Shown: positions 1 to 12,935 of the stretch, in pieces
Numbering within the stretch: position 1 is the first letter of the stretch
Layout: every line of letters starts with the position of its first letter
NCBI GenBank assembly: GCA_048013815.1
Contig: CM106586.1
Location: forward strand, 23,312,001 to 23,376,000
From: Setoptus koraiensis
Lineage: Eukaryota > Animalia > Arthropoda
Reading direction: 5' to 3'
DNA length: 64,000 bases
The notes under the pieces: model-generated
Told to the model about the DNA's origin: nothing
Database searches by the model: none
Seen by the model: only the letters and a program-made list of their open reading frames with translations
Program-made: the position numbers and the translations under genes

Positions 1-251
1 GGAGGATACAATTGTCTAGATCATGCAAGACACCCGTAAGTGACATAACGGGCAGCTCTAGAATGACTGGAAAATAAACGAAATTGTAAACAATAAACAA
101 ACACAATCAAAATAGGAGGTTCAATATTTTGTTTAGCTTTGAATATGTACTTTTAATTACATCTATCGTGATAGTAACTGCCAATCAAGGGTCTCTTTCT
201 ATGGTGACGCTGACTGGGAAATTTCGTATTCATAGTAGCAGTAGAGCAAAA

Positions 252-2398
252 TCATGCGAATGACGCCTCTTTCGAGTTTTGAATAGCTGGAGTATTAGGT
301 GGATTCTGCTTCAATGCCAAGAACAAAACAAAACCCAAAGAGTTGACAAAACCAAAGCAGGCGAACAACCAATTCCATGCAGCTTGTGTGCCACCCTGAA
401 TTTTCAATATTTGATTGATTCCGGTAAATTAACAGATATTGTATGAGTCAATTATGCAAATCAGGGACCATCATAGAAATCTGGTATCCACTTGAAAATA
501 CTCACCATCGCATCAAAGACCAGTCCGACGCAACAACAAAACGAGGGTATGAGGCCGCAACCTATTGTATTATATACACTGAACATTGTTCCGCTGAGGC
601 CAGCCTGACTCCAGTCATCGATGATAGTGCCCATCATGACAAGCTCTGTGGCCTGTTGAAGAGACTTGTTGATTGCGAACACTATGGTTTCTCCACTATT
701 GATGAAAGTTGGCAGTATCCAAGTAATGAGAGCGCCAGTGGAAGCTAATTAGTATGTTCGGAGAACGACAACCGAATATAACAATGGGGAAAATGATTCG
801 GTCAGAATCTTAGTTGTCATGATCAACCAATTGAAGATAGAACTCATAGAGTAAAAAGACTTGAAAGACGATGATACATGTATTGTTGACGCGCTCGTTT
901 TTCTGTTGTTCTCACCTATACAATATACCAAGGATCGCGCTTTGAATCCTGACCATTTCAATTTAAGAATTAAAAATCCCAACAATTCACTCGACCATAG
1001 TATCGCCAACAATGAGGCAGACTGTATAAGAGAGCATATTAGACCAATAGACGCCATGTCCATTCCCATGATCACTCTCATATAGGTCGGCAATAGGTTA
1101 ATAAAAGAAGTTTGTGTACAATCGTAGAAAACAAAGCTCGCCATCAAGATGTAAAAGTTTCTTGAGGCAAACAACTTTTTCCACGGAGCTGACGGTGCTG
1201 ACGGCCCGCCGTTATCGGATGGTTTAAACGCTCTCTTTGACAGAATAATTTTCAATTCCTCTTGGCTGACGAGCCAGCATTCTTCTGGTGAATTTCTCAC
1301 TACTATCAACCAAAGTAACAACCAGACAGCCCCCATGAAACAAAATCCATAGAAGGCCCATGACCAGTGATAAGAGCACAGATAACTAGTGATCAACGGT
1401 GTGATTGTGGTGCCACCAATGGCGAAAAATTGCAACATCGCTACGGCTCTCGTTGTCTCGTAGGAGGGAAACCACGTATCAATCATACCTAAAGAAAATT
1501 GTTTTGATAAAAAAATTTGTGTAAATCGATTATTAGTGTCTCACCGTCATCATGTTTTAACTCTGGTAAATCAATTGGTAGTAAGTTTACAATGTTGCTG
1601 TTTTTAATTTTTATATCGATCTTACCGAAAAAAATTGGAAAACAAGCGGCCCCTCCAAGACCCATGATAAATCTCAATAACGCCACCCATTGCCAGCCGA
1701 AATACACTGCGCTTGGTATGAGAGCCATCGTAATCAGGGTGACTATTTGTGATATGATAATTGGTTTGTTAACTCCATTTTTGCCAGCCCAATGCGACAG
1801 GTAAATTTGGGGCAACTTTGAGATGGGTAGGCAAATGAGATATTGCAAACGTATTAATTAATTTTGCATAGTTACAGATGCGATTAAGTAATAAGTAAGT
1901 ATGCTCTTATTTTTAACTTACCGCATAACCGATGAAATAAACGTTGATTATTATACTTTGTACAAAGTTCGACCAAACAAATTCGCCATCGGCCGCAATA
2001 GCTATCTCCGACACTAAATTTGGATCATCTGTATCCCTTAATGGATGCTCTTCATTATCGAGAGCAGTATGATTGACCATTTTGACAATGGCCACCGTTA
2101 TTGACAGACGCAACATAAACATGAGAGCTAGGCCTGTTGAGGCCAAAAACATTACCACCCATCTGACGTGATGAAAAACTTCGTTGGGCCATTGACGTTG
2201 AGTTATGAGGCTCTTAGACAATTCAAAGGTTTCTATCGACTTTTGTCTCTCTAGTTTGCTCAATACGCTCAGTTCATTTTTTTTGATAAAACTATTTCTA
2301 AGTTCTCGACATAGGATATCTTGCATAGAACGCGTGGTCGAGTCGTTTGTTTCGTCAAATGATAAAGTGTCGTCAGTTTGAATTGAATTCATTGCCAT
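252..2398 (-). CDS. SLC17/sialin-like (inorganic phosphate cotransporter family) MFS transporter, copy 1; 5 exons: 2398-1922, 1815-1626, 1488-916, 744-506, 395-252
   Basis: ORF pieces join in frame through GT-AG introns (GCG|GTAAGT at 1921, G|GTAAG 1625, G|GTGAG 915, ATG|GTGAGT 505). TM1 reads RWVVMFLASTGLALMFMLRLSITVAIVKM with the SLC17 Arg. Other family-like motifs: GEFVWS, LRFIMGLGG, WLLLWL..V.NSPE, and C-terminal AWNWLF. Stop TGA at 252-254. Confidence 0.85.
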
Positions 2399-4167
2399 CT
2401 GGGCCAGTGTAATTGATTGATGATGAAAGAAGTATTTTTATTTTTTCTATCGAAACTGATATTATTTGTTTTGTCAACGAGGATTTCTTTCGGTCACCGA
2501 TTAGCTCAGAGTAATCGCCGCTGATTGGTCTCGATGACAGTTCATAACGACAATGACGCTAAAACTGCTATAATCACGACAAGATACTTCTAAGGAGTTT
2601 ATATAGTGGTTCAACTATTTTCCGACCAGGTCTCTTTCCATTGGTAGAGCTCGTCATCTGACTCTATTACTAACATCACATAAGTTTCTCATTTTTTATT
2701 AGCTTGACAACAAAGATCGAATGGATGCCACCATAATTTAATATAAATATTGATGATTTCTGCAGGTCACCATTAGGGATCCCGGTAAACAATAATAAAA
2801 CAAATATATATTTATAATTCATGGCGCCAATCAGAGAATGATCAAATAAATTCTCTCATCACGATTTGTCATCTGATGTAATGACGCCAATTCATTTAGT
2901 AACTATGGGGGAGCAATTCAGAGTCCCACTTTTTATCGTGCATGGCAACTTGATGGAGAGCTTAACTTTTAATCCATTGCAAACGAGAATTGTTGTTTAT
3001 CATTATTGGCGCTCTTGAAAAACGAGCCCATTCGAAACCATTTGTAACCGCATTACATGTACTCATTTTGTGGCCACCATTGTTGCCAACATGTTGTTTT
3101 TGTCTGATTTTTCTAGGGGTCTAGCTCTCTGAAGCGTTTGATACACTTGTCTGAGCGGTGTTGTGGCATGGTTGAAACTTTCGTGACTTTTCGTTCACAT
3201 GTCGACATGCTCAATTCTCTTTGGTTATACCTTTGGTATGCGCGTCAGCACGTTGAAAAGTAACTTGTCGAACGCACTCATTGTTGCAGACTGATCACGT
3301 GGAAATGTCACTTGACTGAGGGAAACAGAAGATTCGTTCTAGTTGTCAGAACATTACCGGATTGTTCTTTTAAGTACACAAAAGAGCCTGATGTTCGAAA
3401 AGTGCCGATTGAATGAGAGAATCAGAATAACGAGTCTTGTCTGCAAGATAACAGCCAATCAAAACCAATGGACCTAGCACGATTGCGCAAGCAAACATCA
3501 GTGGCTAGATGTCAGCAGCAAGCGAACCAGAATTAAAAAAAAACTTTGCACTAACATGTAAGGTCATAGAGACCCTGCTATACCATAGGTAGATCTACCA
3601 GTTTAAGGTGTCTAACTTGGCAAGTCAGGATGAAACGTAATGAATAACACTAGTAATGTGCTCATCGCCCTTGTTCGTGCTGACAAATCGAGCTTGTCCC
3701 TACCGGAATTGACAATGGATTATGAGGGCAACATCGAATTTGGAATGTATCGAGTTTGAGAAAATGCACCGGAAAGACGAGAGGAAGTCCTGCGCAACAC
3801 TTATCGACCCGGTCCGATTATCTGCAACCAATGGACAGATTTTTTTTCTCCGATTTTTCGAGATCAATGCAAATGGAGATAATAATGATCATAGTTGATC
3901 TGCGTATTATTTAAATATTCATGTAAGCAAATGTATTTTAGCATATAAATAATGTTGGAAAATATTCTGAGTTTTTAGCCTCTGTAAGTTTACTGATGAT
4001 TTTCTGAACCGTATTTGTTGATTCAATCAAGTTGTAATTGTATTTCTACGTGGGCCCAGTCAGATTTTGCAGTTTCCGGGCCCATGGTTCAGCCATAATT
4101 GGCCAATACCCGAATAATTCTACTTTTTACATAGTGTTTCAAACGCAAGGTCACACTCATGAACATT

Positions 4168-6266
4168 TTATGGGAGCGAGGTCTCTTTGGATTTTAGATC
4201 AACTGGACTAGCCGGCAGAGTATGTTTCAGTGCTAAAAATATAATAAAACCAAGCGAGTTGACAAAACCGTACCACGCAAACAACCAATTCCAAGCCTCT
4301 TCCGTTCCACCCTTCATTCATATTGTACAATATATCGACACAAGATATGGATTTTTTTTTTGATATGTGAATTTTCAGAGAAAACAGAACAAAACATTCC
4401 TTTCGAGCACTGTACTATACATACCATCTTGTCGAAAACTAGTCCAACCGTGCAACCAAACAAGGGACATATGCCACACGAAATAGTATTATAAACGCTG
4501 AACATAATTCCGCTCAGGCCGACTTTTCCCCAATCGTCTACAATGGTTCCCACCAAGACCAGTTCTGTGGCTTGATGAAGGGACTTGTTGATTGCGAATA
4601 TTATTGTTTCTCCTCCATCTACGAATGTTGGCAGTGACCAAGTGATGAGAGCACCGAGGGAGGCTGTCGCACGATATAATAGTCAGTATAAAATAGATTC
4701 AACAATTAATCAGTTTATTATCAAACCAAAATGTTATGTTGGTAAGCTGCTTGTTTGTTGTTTCTATTCACCTATGCCGTAGACTATCGTTCTAGCCTGG
4801 TGGCCTGACCATCTGAATTTTACCATAAGAAATTCCAACAATTCACTGGACCATATTGTCGCCAACAAAGAAGCAGACTGAACTAGACAGGCAATTTGAC
4901 CTATGGATTTTATGTGCATGCCCATTATCACTCTCATATAGGTGGGCATAAAATTTAAAAAAGACGCTTGTGTATTATCGTAAAAAGTATAACTGGCCAT
5001 CAATATGTAAAAGTTTCTAGAGAGGAACAACTTTTTCCAGGGCGCTGAGGGCACTAGCGATGCGCCGTTATTAGACGGTTTAAACGCTCGCTCTGACATA
5101 ATAATTTTCAATTCTTCTTGACTAACGAGCCAGCAATTCTCTGGCGAATTTCTGGCCAAAATCAACCAAAGTAACAACCAGACAGTTCCGATCATGCAAG
5201 ATCCGTAGAATGCCCACGACCAATCGTAAGAGCAAAGGTAACTTGTGATCAATGGATTGAGTGATTTGCCGGCAATGCCAAAAAATTGCAAAAGTGCTAT
5301 CGCTCGCATTCTCTCATGCGACGGTAGCCAGATATCGATCATACCTGAACAGAAGATTATTTGTTTATTAGTCTGTTGATCGGTTGATAATTAGAAAAAT
5401 CAGAAAGAGACGGCTAATTGCAGCAGTTTTAGCTTACCGATAAAAAGTGGGTAGCAAGCAGCGCCTCCGAGGCCCGTGATAAATCGTAACACGGCCACCA
5501 ATTGCCAGTTCATGCGGGCAGCAATCGGTATGAGAGCCGTGCAAATGAGCGATACAATTTGCGATATTATGATTGGTTTGTTGAATCCGTTTTGGCCAGC
5601 CCAGTGCGACAAGTAAATTTGGGGCAACTTGACGTTCAATCAATAGATTCATTTAGATTTAGCAAACAATGAGATTAGTCAATTTTTTCTTGTGTCACGT
5701 TATCATTATCATTTCTGCCATCAAGTGTGCGCCAACCAATGACGAATCCACTAATTTTCCGTACTTACCGCATAACCAATGAAATAGACATTGATTATCA
5801 AACTCTGTACAAAGTTCGTCCAGACAAATTCACCATCAGTACTGACCCAATCAGACTGTCCCAAATCGCCCAGATCTTCGCCTGGATGTTCCATCATATA
5901 GAGGGCAGTCTGATTGACCATTTTGACGATGGTCACCGTTATCGACAGACGCAATAGGTACATGAGGGCCAAACCGGAACCGGCTAAAAACATGAGCAAC
6001 CACCTCACATGATGAAAAACTTTGTTTGGCCATTGGCGTTCGCAAAGAAGCCTCTTCGAAAGTTCGAAAGTTTCCACTGATTCCTGTACCTTCGCCACTA
6101 TATTCGATGGGTCTTTTTTTCGCCTAGCTATGCTATTCCTGAGCTCTTTGCATAAAATATCTGGCATCGATCTGGTGGTCAAATCATCTAGATCGGCACA
6201 TGAGGTTGTATCGTCATACATGATAGGATTCATTGAGATTCGGGCAAAATTTAAGCTTGGTGCCAA
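4168..6266 (-). CDS. SLC17/sialin-like MFS transporter, copy 2; 5 exons: 6266-5769, 5627-5438, 5344-4772, 4663-4425, 4311-4168
   Basis: Paralog of copy 1 with the same four intron positions and phases. The spliced frame is open to TAA at 4168-4170. The start could be 6266 or the next Met (MNPIMY). Confidence 0.85.
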
Positions 6267-7214
6267 TCACTGCAATTTATCTACAATGGGCTTCTTTAGC
6301 AGTCTCTTTAACCGTCTGGAAACTGTGGGCGTCAACAGTGAATGATGATCATTTTCTATGGCTCGTTCAATTATGACAAACTTGACAAAATTGTTGGGCG
6401 ATAAATATTTTAGCCCACGTTTATATAGCAATCGGATGATTATAATTTAGCTCAGATTTATTCTGATTAATGATTAAGATGATGGAGCTACTACAAACTA
6501 TTCGGCACACTATTTTTATTAGCTCGACAACAGCAATTTCGTTAGCTCGTCAACAGAATTGTTCGCCACAAGGCTACAATGATGTTTCCCAGATATTTCG
6601 AACTACAATAAAATAATCAGTGTGCTCGCCATTGTCTATTTAACTCACAAACAACTTGTTGACAGCAATCAAAATGTCTTTCTCCAATATGAATATGATC
6701 AATATGATAGATGATATTAATTTAACTTGCTTTTGGAGTCTTTGAGGGGGAGTCTCATATAGTCTCATGCATGTTCTCTTGTGTGTCATGGTCGAAAGGC
6801 TTAACTCACACACTTTTAATCCACAATTAACAGCAATTATTTACAAGAGAGAACGTTGTTTACTATCAGTTGTTGCCATGGGCAAGTTACCGAGGCATTA
6901 CGGCTCATTCAATCATTGCTGATTTTTTTGTTTGTGTGTTTTTATTTTAGGCCCCCGACATTGCTGACATCTTTGTTGGAAGCCTCCGAAAAAATGTTTC
7001 CATGACATTTCTCGTCAGCCCAAATAGCGTCAAATAGACGTAAATAAAACTGAAATGACACTTTCTGGTTCCCAGAGTGTCTAAGAAACATCCTCGTAAT
7101 GATGGCGAGTTGTCAGCAAACACTGGCCACATCGCGAACTGCTATAGCTTTGATCCTGTTCTCTATAAATGAATGAACCCCTTAACGCCGAACGGTCAAA
7201 AAGCGGGGTCTGGG

Positions 7215-7525
7215 TCGCTTATTCGACTGGCAAAATGTCGACAGTGCATTGGTTCGACAGTACGAATTTTCGACAAAACTTCCGTTCGACAGGGGCTTTC
7301 CAGGTGTATTCTGGAGGGTTCGAATATCTTTTGAGCATAAACAAACTACCAACCAAACCAACCAACCAATTCTCTCCTGATTCCCTACAATCGATCTAAA
7401 TGGTCTTAAAAAAAGCCGAAATAGCCCTAGAATCTACCTGAAAAGCCCATGTCGAACAAAAGTGTCGATGATTCGTACTGTCGAACAAATGTACTGTCGA
7501 AATTTTGTACGTCGGGCAAGAGTAG
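7215..7525. mobile_element. MITE/foldback-like element with ~100 bp imperfect inverted arms rich in TGTCGA/TCGACA subrepeats
   Basis: The reverse complement of ~7240-7320 (…aaagcccctgtcgaac…attcgtactgtcgaaccaatgcactgtcga) matches ~7425-7500 (aaagcccatgtcgaac…attcgtactgtcgaacaaatgtactgtcga). Non-coding spacer of ~100 bp. No TSD identified; ends are approximate. Confidence 0.65.
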
Positions 7526-7879
7526 TGTCGAAAGAATGTACGTCTAACGAATGGCGATGTCCCCAAAGAGCGGGAATCAGACGGTCAAAATCGTAAAACT
7601 GGAATTCAGATGCCGACTAGACAAACAAACAAATAACTTCTAATAAAAAAATGGCCGAAATGCTTATGACAGATAGAAAATCGAAACCTGAAATACCGTT
7701 GCCCATCGTATCGGCCACTTGCCACGCTGATACGGACCATCAGTTGAACAAAATTTAGATCTCTGAATCTCGTTCGAGTCTCACCGAGATTTGCCCAGCG
7801 AGATATTCACAGAGTGAGGTCATACAACTAATGTACTAACAACTAATGATCAAATATGTCACTATCTCTTTATTTGTCC

Positions 7880-8713
7880 TCAATAATTTTGACCCAGTTC
7901 TTCTGAGAGAAATCTTTTAATTAAGCGCACCACTATATTTATCCTCGAAAAGTACGTTATTCCCAGAAGACCGTCTTTGCAACCTGAACGTGATACAATA
8001 CCATAAACTTCCCACTTGCCCTCTCGATTATATAGAGCTGGTCCACCCGAATCACCAGGGCAGCGTGAACGAGAAGTGAGAGCAAGTGTACAGAATTCAG
8101 GGCAGGGTTTACTAGAGCTAATAACACGTGTACAGAATTCAATTAAGGGGCGGATTATGCAATATTTCGAATCAATGATTTCGACAATAGCAGTCGTTGG
8201 TTTTTCATCTCTTTCTTGCGTGCCATCCCATTCGTTGTACCTAACTCTCCAGCCAGCAACGATGAGATTTGTGTCATCAACCAAGTCTTTCTCCTCCGGT
8301 GGTGGCAAACTAGCGGGTTTCACATAATTTGTCCATTGAAGTGGTTTGTCCAGTATAATTACTCCTACATCGGTGAATGTGATGTGAGTGAGAGATAAAG
8401 CTCTTCGACCTTGCTTCCCGTCGTCACTAATTGAACCGGCAAGAACATAAGTGGTGTTTGTATCATGCAGGCAATGGGCAGCTGTTAATACAGCTTGTTC
8501 ATGTATGATTGCACCACTACAACGTTTAATTTCTGTTTCGATGGCCACTAACCAAGGGAGATTTTCGTCAACGGTGATTTCTTGCCGTGGCTTATAGGGC
8601 ATCCGTTTACCCAAGGCTCTTGCGGCCCGCTGTTCGTCGGGTCCCAGAACTAAGATCACGAATAAAACGCATGATGCAACATACGAAAGTACTCTCACTT
8701 GCAAGCGAGCCAT
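7880..8713 (-). CDS. Trypsin-like (S1A) serine protease, copy 1; catalytic triad intact; intronless; probable start MARLQ at 8713
   Basis: Signal-like VLSYVASCVLFVILVLG. Motifs TAAHC (His), TDVGVIIL (Asp), CPGDSGGP (Ser) and YGIVSR. Confidence 0.85.
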   Translation of the reverse strand: MARLQVRVLSYVASCVLFVILVLGPDEQRAARALGKRMPYKPRQEITVDENLPWLVAIETEIKRCSGAIIHEQAVLTAAHCLHDTNTTYVLAGSISDDGKQGRRALSLTHITFTDVGVIILDKPLQWTNYVKPASLPPPEEKDLVDDTNLIVAGWRVRYNEWDGTQERDEKPTTAIVEIIDSKYCIIRPLIEFCTRVISSSKPCPEFCTLALTSRSRCPGDSGGPALYNREGKWEVYGIVSRSGCKDGLLGITYFSRINIVVRLIKRFLSEELGQNY

Positions 8714-10037
8714 TTCTTTCAATCTCTTCAATCTACTGAATTCACTGTCTGCTTGTCTATGTTCCAAAAGTCTCTTTTTCAAAAGTCTCTTCGTCCAGAA
8801 ATCAGTCTCTTCGCCGGAGTTTGCATCTGAAGTTGAGCGTCGATAGTGGTGATGTTTTTGAAAACATCTCGATATGTTTCCTTCGCTACACATCTAATGC
8901 AATCAATGTGTAACTTGATCAGCCATCAAAAACTATAATTTCTAGATGGATACGAACGGAGCGGCCCTCCGACGAGATGATACAGTCAGTAGTTGAAACC
9001 ACTCACAATCTGTTTTCATGAGATCTAAACGTCAGCGTGTGTTAATTGGTTTTCTCACACCTCTCTTATCTGGGCTGCTTAAAAACGACAACGATTCTGA
9101 TTATCAGAGCCAGTCGGAGGAATCGTGTGAGATTTATTTCGAGTTTCTGGCGCAAGATGTTATAGACGGGCTCGCCATGCGCTACGGAGTTGAGTCCATA
9201 TTTCAAGCTATGACGCTAGTAATTAGTGTTGGCCCGCTCAAACTCTAATCAAATTATACACGCTCGTTGGCTGCTCTTTTATTGTTGTGCTTGTGTTTTA
9301 TTAAATCAATGAAGCACCAGTGGCAAGCCAACAATAAGCTAACAGCCATCATTAGATCTGTTCGTCGCGGGCGCACGACTGTATATCACACTAATCTACT
9401 GAATGCACACAAATGTAACTCTTTCTGGCCCGACAATCATATCTAAAATTAAAATGTCGAACACTTAAAGTCGAATCTCGAATGGAATGTTGCAGGGGTA
9501 TTCACAGTTATGACTTTTTTCGAGCCGTTTCTGAGCTCGAAGTAACTTATTTCACTGCTCGCACTCACCGCCAAAACCGTACTTACAAGTACTTGTTAGT
9601 CAGACCTGTGATATGTCTCGTATCGCAGTGAAATCCAGTCTTGTGTATTGTCCTACTAATTACGAGAACTAACACCAGTCGCAACGAAACATAACCGGTT
9701 GGTCGAAAAAGTTGAGCAAGCTAGATTTGGCGCCGATTTAGCCGCTGGAAAAAACAATAATAGAAGAACAAAGCGATGATGACAAGTCAAAGATTATCAA
9801 GAGGTAGTTACTGCTCGGCGACGATGCATTAAGAGGGACGACCATTCAAAAAGAACACCAATGTCCCTCAGGAAAAAAAATGAAAAAATCTTAATAAATT
9901 CTTTCTAGTTACAACATAGTTCATGCTTCGATCGCACCTTATAATAATGCTACCGAATCGGTCTAATGTCGGTAAAGTTTTCTCGGATATTTATGAACAA
10001 CTAATGATCATATATGTCACTATCTCTTTATTTGTCC

Positions 10038-10835
10038 TCAATAATTTTGACCCAGTTCTTCTGGGAGCAATTTTTTAATCTTGTCCACCACTTTATTTAT
10101 CTTCGCAAAGTACGTTATTCCCTGAAGACTGTCTTTGCAACCTGAACGTGATACAATACCATAAACTTCAGAATTGATGCCATCTCGATAATATAGAGCT
10201 GGTCCACCCGAATCACCAGGGCAGGGTTTACTAGAGCTAATAAAACGTGTACAGAATTCATATTCTGGGCGGATTGTGCAATATGCCGGGTCAATGATTC
10301 TGACAGTAGCAGTCGTTGGTTTTTCATCTCTTTCTGGCGTGCCATCCCATTCGTTGTACCTAACTCTCCAGCCAGCAACCATGAGATATGTGCCAATTGG
10401 CAAGTCGTCCCAATCCTCCGGTGGTGGTGGCAAACTAGCGGGTTTCACATAATGTGTCCATTGTAGTGGTTTGTCCAGTATAATTACTGCTACATTGGTG
10501 AATGGGATGTGAGTGAGAGATAAAGCTCTTCGACCTTGCTTCCCGTCGTCACTAAATGAACCGGCAAGAACATAAGTGGTGTTTGTACCATGCAGGCAAT
10601 GGCCAGCTGTTAATACAGCTTGTTTATGTATGATTGCACCACTACAACGTTTAATTTCTGTTTCGATGGCCACTAACCAAGGGAGTTTTTCGTCATCGAT
10701 ATCTTGCCGTGGCTTATAGGGCATCCGTTTACCCAAGGCTCTTGCGGCCCGCTGTTCGTCGGGTCCCAGAACTAAGATCACAAATAAAACGCATGATGCA
10801 ACATACGAAAGTACTCTCACTTGCAAGCGAGCCAT
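10038..10835 (-). CDS. Trypsin-like serine protease, copy 2; catalytic Asp replaced by Asn
   Basis: TAGHC and GDSGGP are retained, but TNVAVIIL aligns to TDVGVIIL of copy 1. Confidence 0.8.
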   Translation of the reverse strand: MARLQVRVLSYVASCVLFVILVLGPDEQRAARALGKRMPYKPRQDIDDEKLPWLVAIETEIKRCSGAIIHKQAVLTAGHCLHGTNTTYVLAGSFSDDGKQGRRALSLTHIPFTNVAVIILDKPLQWTHYVKPASLPPPPEDWDDLPIGTYLMVAGWRVRYNEWDGTPERDEKPTTATVRIIDPAYCTIRPEYEFCTRFISSSKPCPGDSGGPALYYRDGINSEVYGIVSRSGCKDSLQGITYFAKINKVVDKIKKLLPEELGQNY

Positions 10836-12155
10836 TTCTTTCAATCTCTTCAATCTACTGAATTCACTGTCTGCTTGTCTATGTTTCAAAAGTCTCTCCG
10901 TCCACAAATCAGTCTCTTCGCCGGAGTTTGCATCTGAAGTTGAGCGTTGATAGTGGTGATGTTTTTGAAAACAGCTCGATATGTTTCCTTCGCAACATAT
11001 CTAATGCAATCAATGTGTAACTTGATCAGCCATCAAAAACTATAATTTCTAGATGGATACGAACGGAGCGGCTCTCCGACGAGATGATACAGTCAGTGGT
11101 TGAAACCACTCACAATCTGTTTTCATGAGATCTAAACGCCAGCGTGTGTTAATTGGTTTTCTCACACCTCTCTTATCTGGGCTGCTTAAAAACGACAACG
11201 ATTCTGATCATCAGAGCCAGTCAGAGGACTCGTGTAAAATTTATTTCGACTTTCCGGCGCAAGATGTTATAGACGGGCTCGCCATACGCTACGGAGTTTA
11301 GTCCAAATGTCAAGCTATGACGCTAGTAATTAGTGTTGGCCCGCTCAAACTCTAATCAAATTATACACGCTCGTTGGCTGCTCTTTTATTGTTGTGTTTG
11401 CGTTTTATTAAATCAATGAAGCACTAGTGGCAAGCCAACAATAAGCTTACAGCAATCATTAGATCTGTTCGTCGCGGTAGCACGACTGTATATCGCACCA
11501 ATCTACTGAATGCACACAAATGTAACTCTTTCTGGCCCGACAATCATATCTAAAATCTAAATTAAAATGTCGAACACCTAGTCGAATCTCGAATGGAATG
11601 TTGCAGGGGTATTCACAGTTATGACTTTTTTCGAGCCGTTTCTGAGCTCGAAGTAACTTATTTCACTGCTCGCACTCACCGCCAAAACCGTACTTACAAG
11701 TACTTGTTAGTCAGACCTGTGATATGTCTCGTATCGCAGTGAAATCCAGTCTTGTGTATTGTCCTACTAATTACGAGAACTAGCACCGGTCCCGACCATA
11801 CATAGCCGATTTGTCTGAAAAGTTGAGCATGCTAGATTTGGCGCCGATTTAGCCGCTGGAAAAAACAATAATAGAAGAACAAACAGATGATGAAACAAAA
11901 AGATTATCAAGAGATAGTTACTGCTCGGTGACGATGCATTAAGAGGGACCACCATTCAAAAAGAACACCAATGTCCCTCATGAAAAAAAAAATATTAATA
12001 AATTCTAGCTAGTTACATTATAGTTCATGCTTCTTTAATGAAAATGATACTGAATCGGTCTAACGTCGGTAAAGTTTTCTCGGATATTTATGAACAACTA
12101 ATGATCGTATATGTCACTATCTCTTTATTTGTCCTCAATAATTTTGACCCAGTTC

Positions 12156-12926
12156 TCATGAAAGCAATTCTTTAATCTTGTCCACCACTATATTTATCTT
12201 CGCAAAGTACGTTATTCCCTGAAGACTGTCCTTGCAACCTGAACGTGTTACAATACCATAAACTTCCCACTTGCCCTCTCGATTATATAGAGCTGGTCCA
12301 CCCGAAAGACCAGGGCAGGATTTACTAGAGCTGATAACACGTGTACAGAATTCAAATTCTGGGCGGATTATGCAATATTTCGGTTCAATGATTTCGACAA
12401 TAGCAGTTCTCACTTCTCTATCTTCGTCAAACCACCAATCATCATCAACAAGCTTCCAGCCAGCAATGACGAGATTAGTGCGATTTGGCAATGTTTTCTC
12501 CTCCGGTGGCAAACTAGCGGCTGCCACATAATTCGTGAATCGCAGTTCTCTTTTCAGTTTAATTACTCCTATATCGGTGAATTCAATTTTTGTAATAGAT
12601 GAAGCTTCTCGCTCTTGCGATCTATCTTCATCAACTGCATCGCCCGCAGTAACTTCAATATCGTCTACATCAGCCCCCCCTAGGCAACGGGCAGATGTTA
12701 ATACAGTTCGTCTACCAATGATTACACCACTACAATAGATATCGTCTGTTTCTATAAACACTAACCAAGGGATATTTCCGAGGCCGTTGTTTCTCCCCCA
12801 CTGCTGATAGGGCATCCGTTTACCAATGGCTTTTGTTGCCCGCTGTCCATCGGGTCCCAGAACTAAGATCACAAATAAAACGCATGATGCAACACACGGA
12901 AGTACTCGCACTGGTGAGGGAGCCAT
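12156..12926 (-). CDS. Serine protease homologue, copy 3; His replaced by Arg, GDSGG changed to GLSGG, 7 aa C-terminal truncation
   Basis: Motifs read TSARC, TDIGVI and CPGLSGGP. The GAA codon of copies 1 and 2 is TGA here, followed by the remnant GAA CTG GGT CAA AAT TAT TGA. Confidence 0.75.
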   Translation of the reverse strand: MAPSPVRVLPCVASCVLFVILVLGPDGQRATKAIGKRMPYQQWGRNNGLGNIPWLVFIETDDIYCSGVIIGRRTVLTSARCLGGADVDDIEVTAGDAVDEDRSQEREASSITKIEFTDIGVIKLKRELRFTNYVAAASLPPEEKTLPNRTNLVIAGWKLVDDDWWFDEDREVRTAIVEIIEPKYCIIRPEFEFCTRVISSSKSCPGLSGGPALYNREGKWEVYGIVTRSGCKDSLQGITYFAKINIVVDKIKELLS

Positions 12927-12935
12927 TTCTCTCGA

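Larger units (their letters stand above)
7840..12935. repeat. Tandem segmental repeat of a ~2.1 kb unit (protease plus near-identical upstream region), at least 2.4 units, running into the gap
   Basis: aacaactaatgatc…tatgtcactatctctttatttgtcctca recurs at ~7838, ~9996 and ~12093. Region 8900-9990 is nearly identical to 10990-12090. Confidence 0.9.

Noticed and set aside
8714-8893. 60-codon N-terminal extension of protease copy 1 in the ORF track
   Set aside because: The corresponding ATG is ATA in copy 2, and the signal peptide begins at MARLQ. It is most likely 5' UTR.
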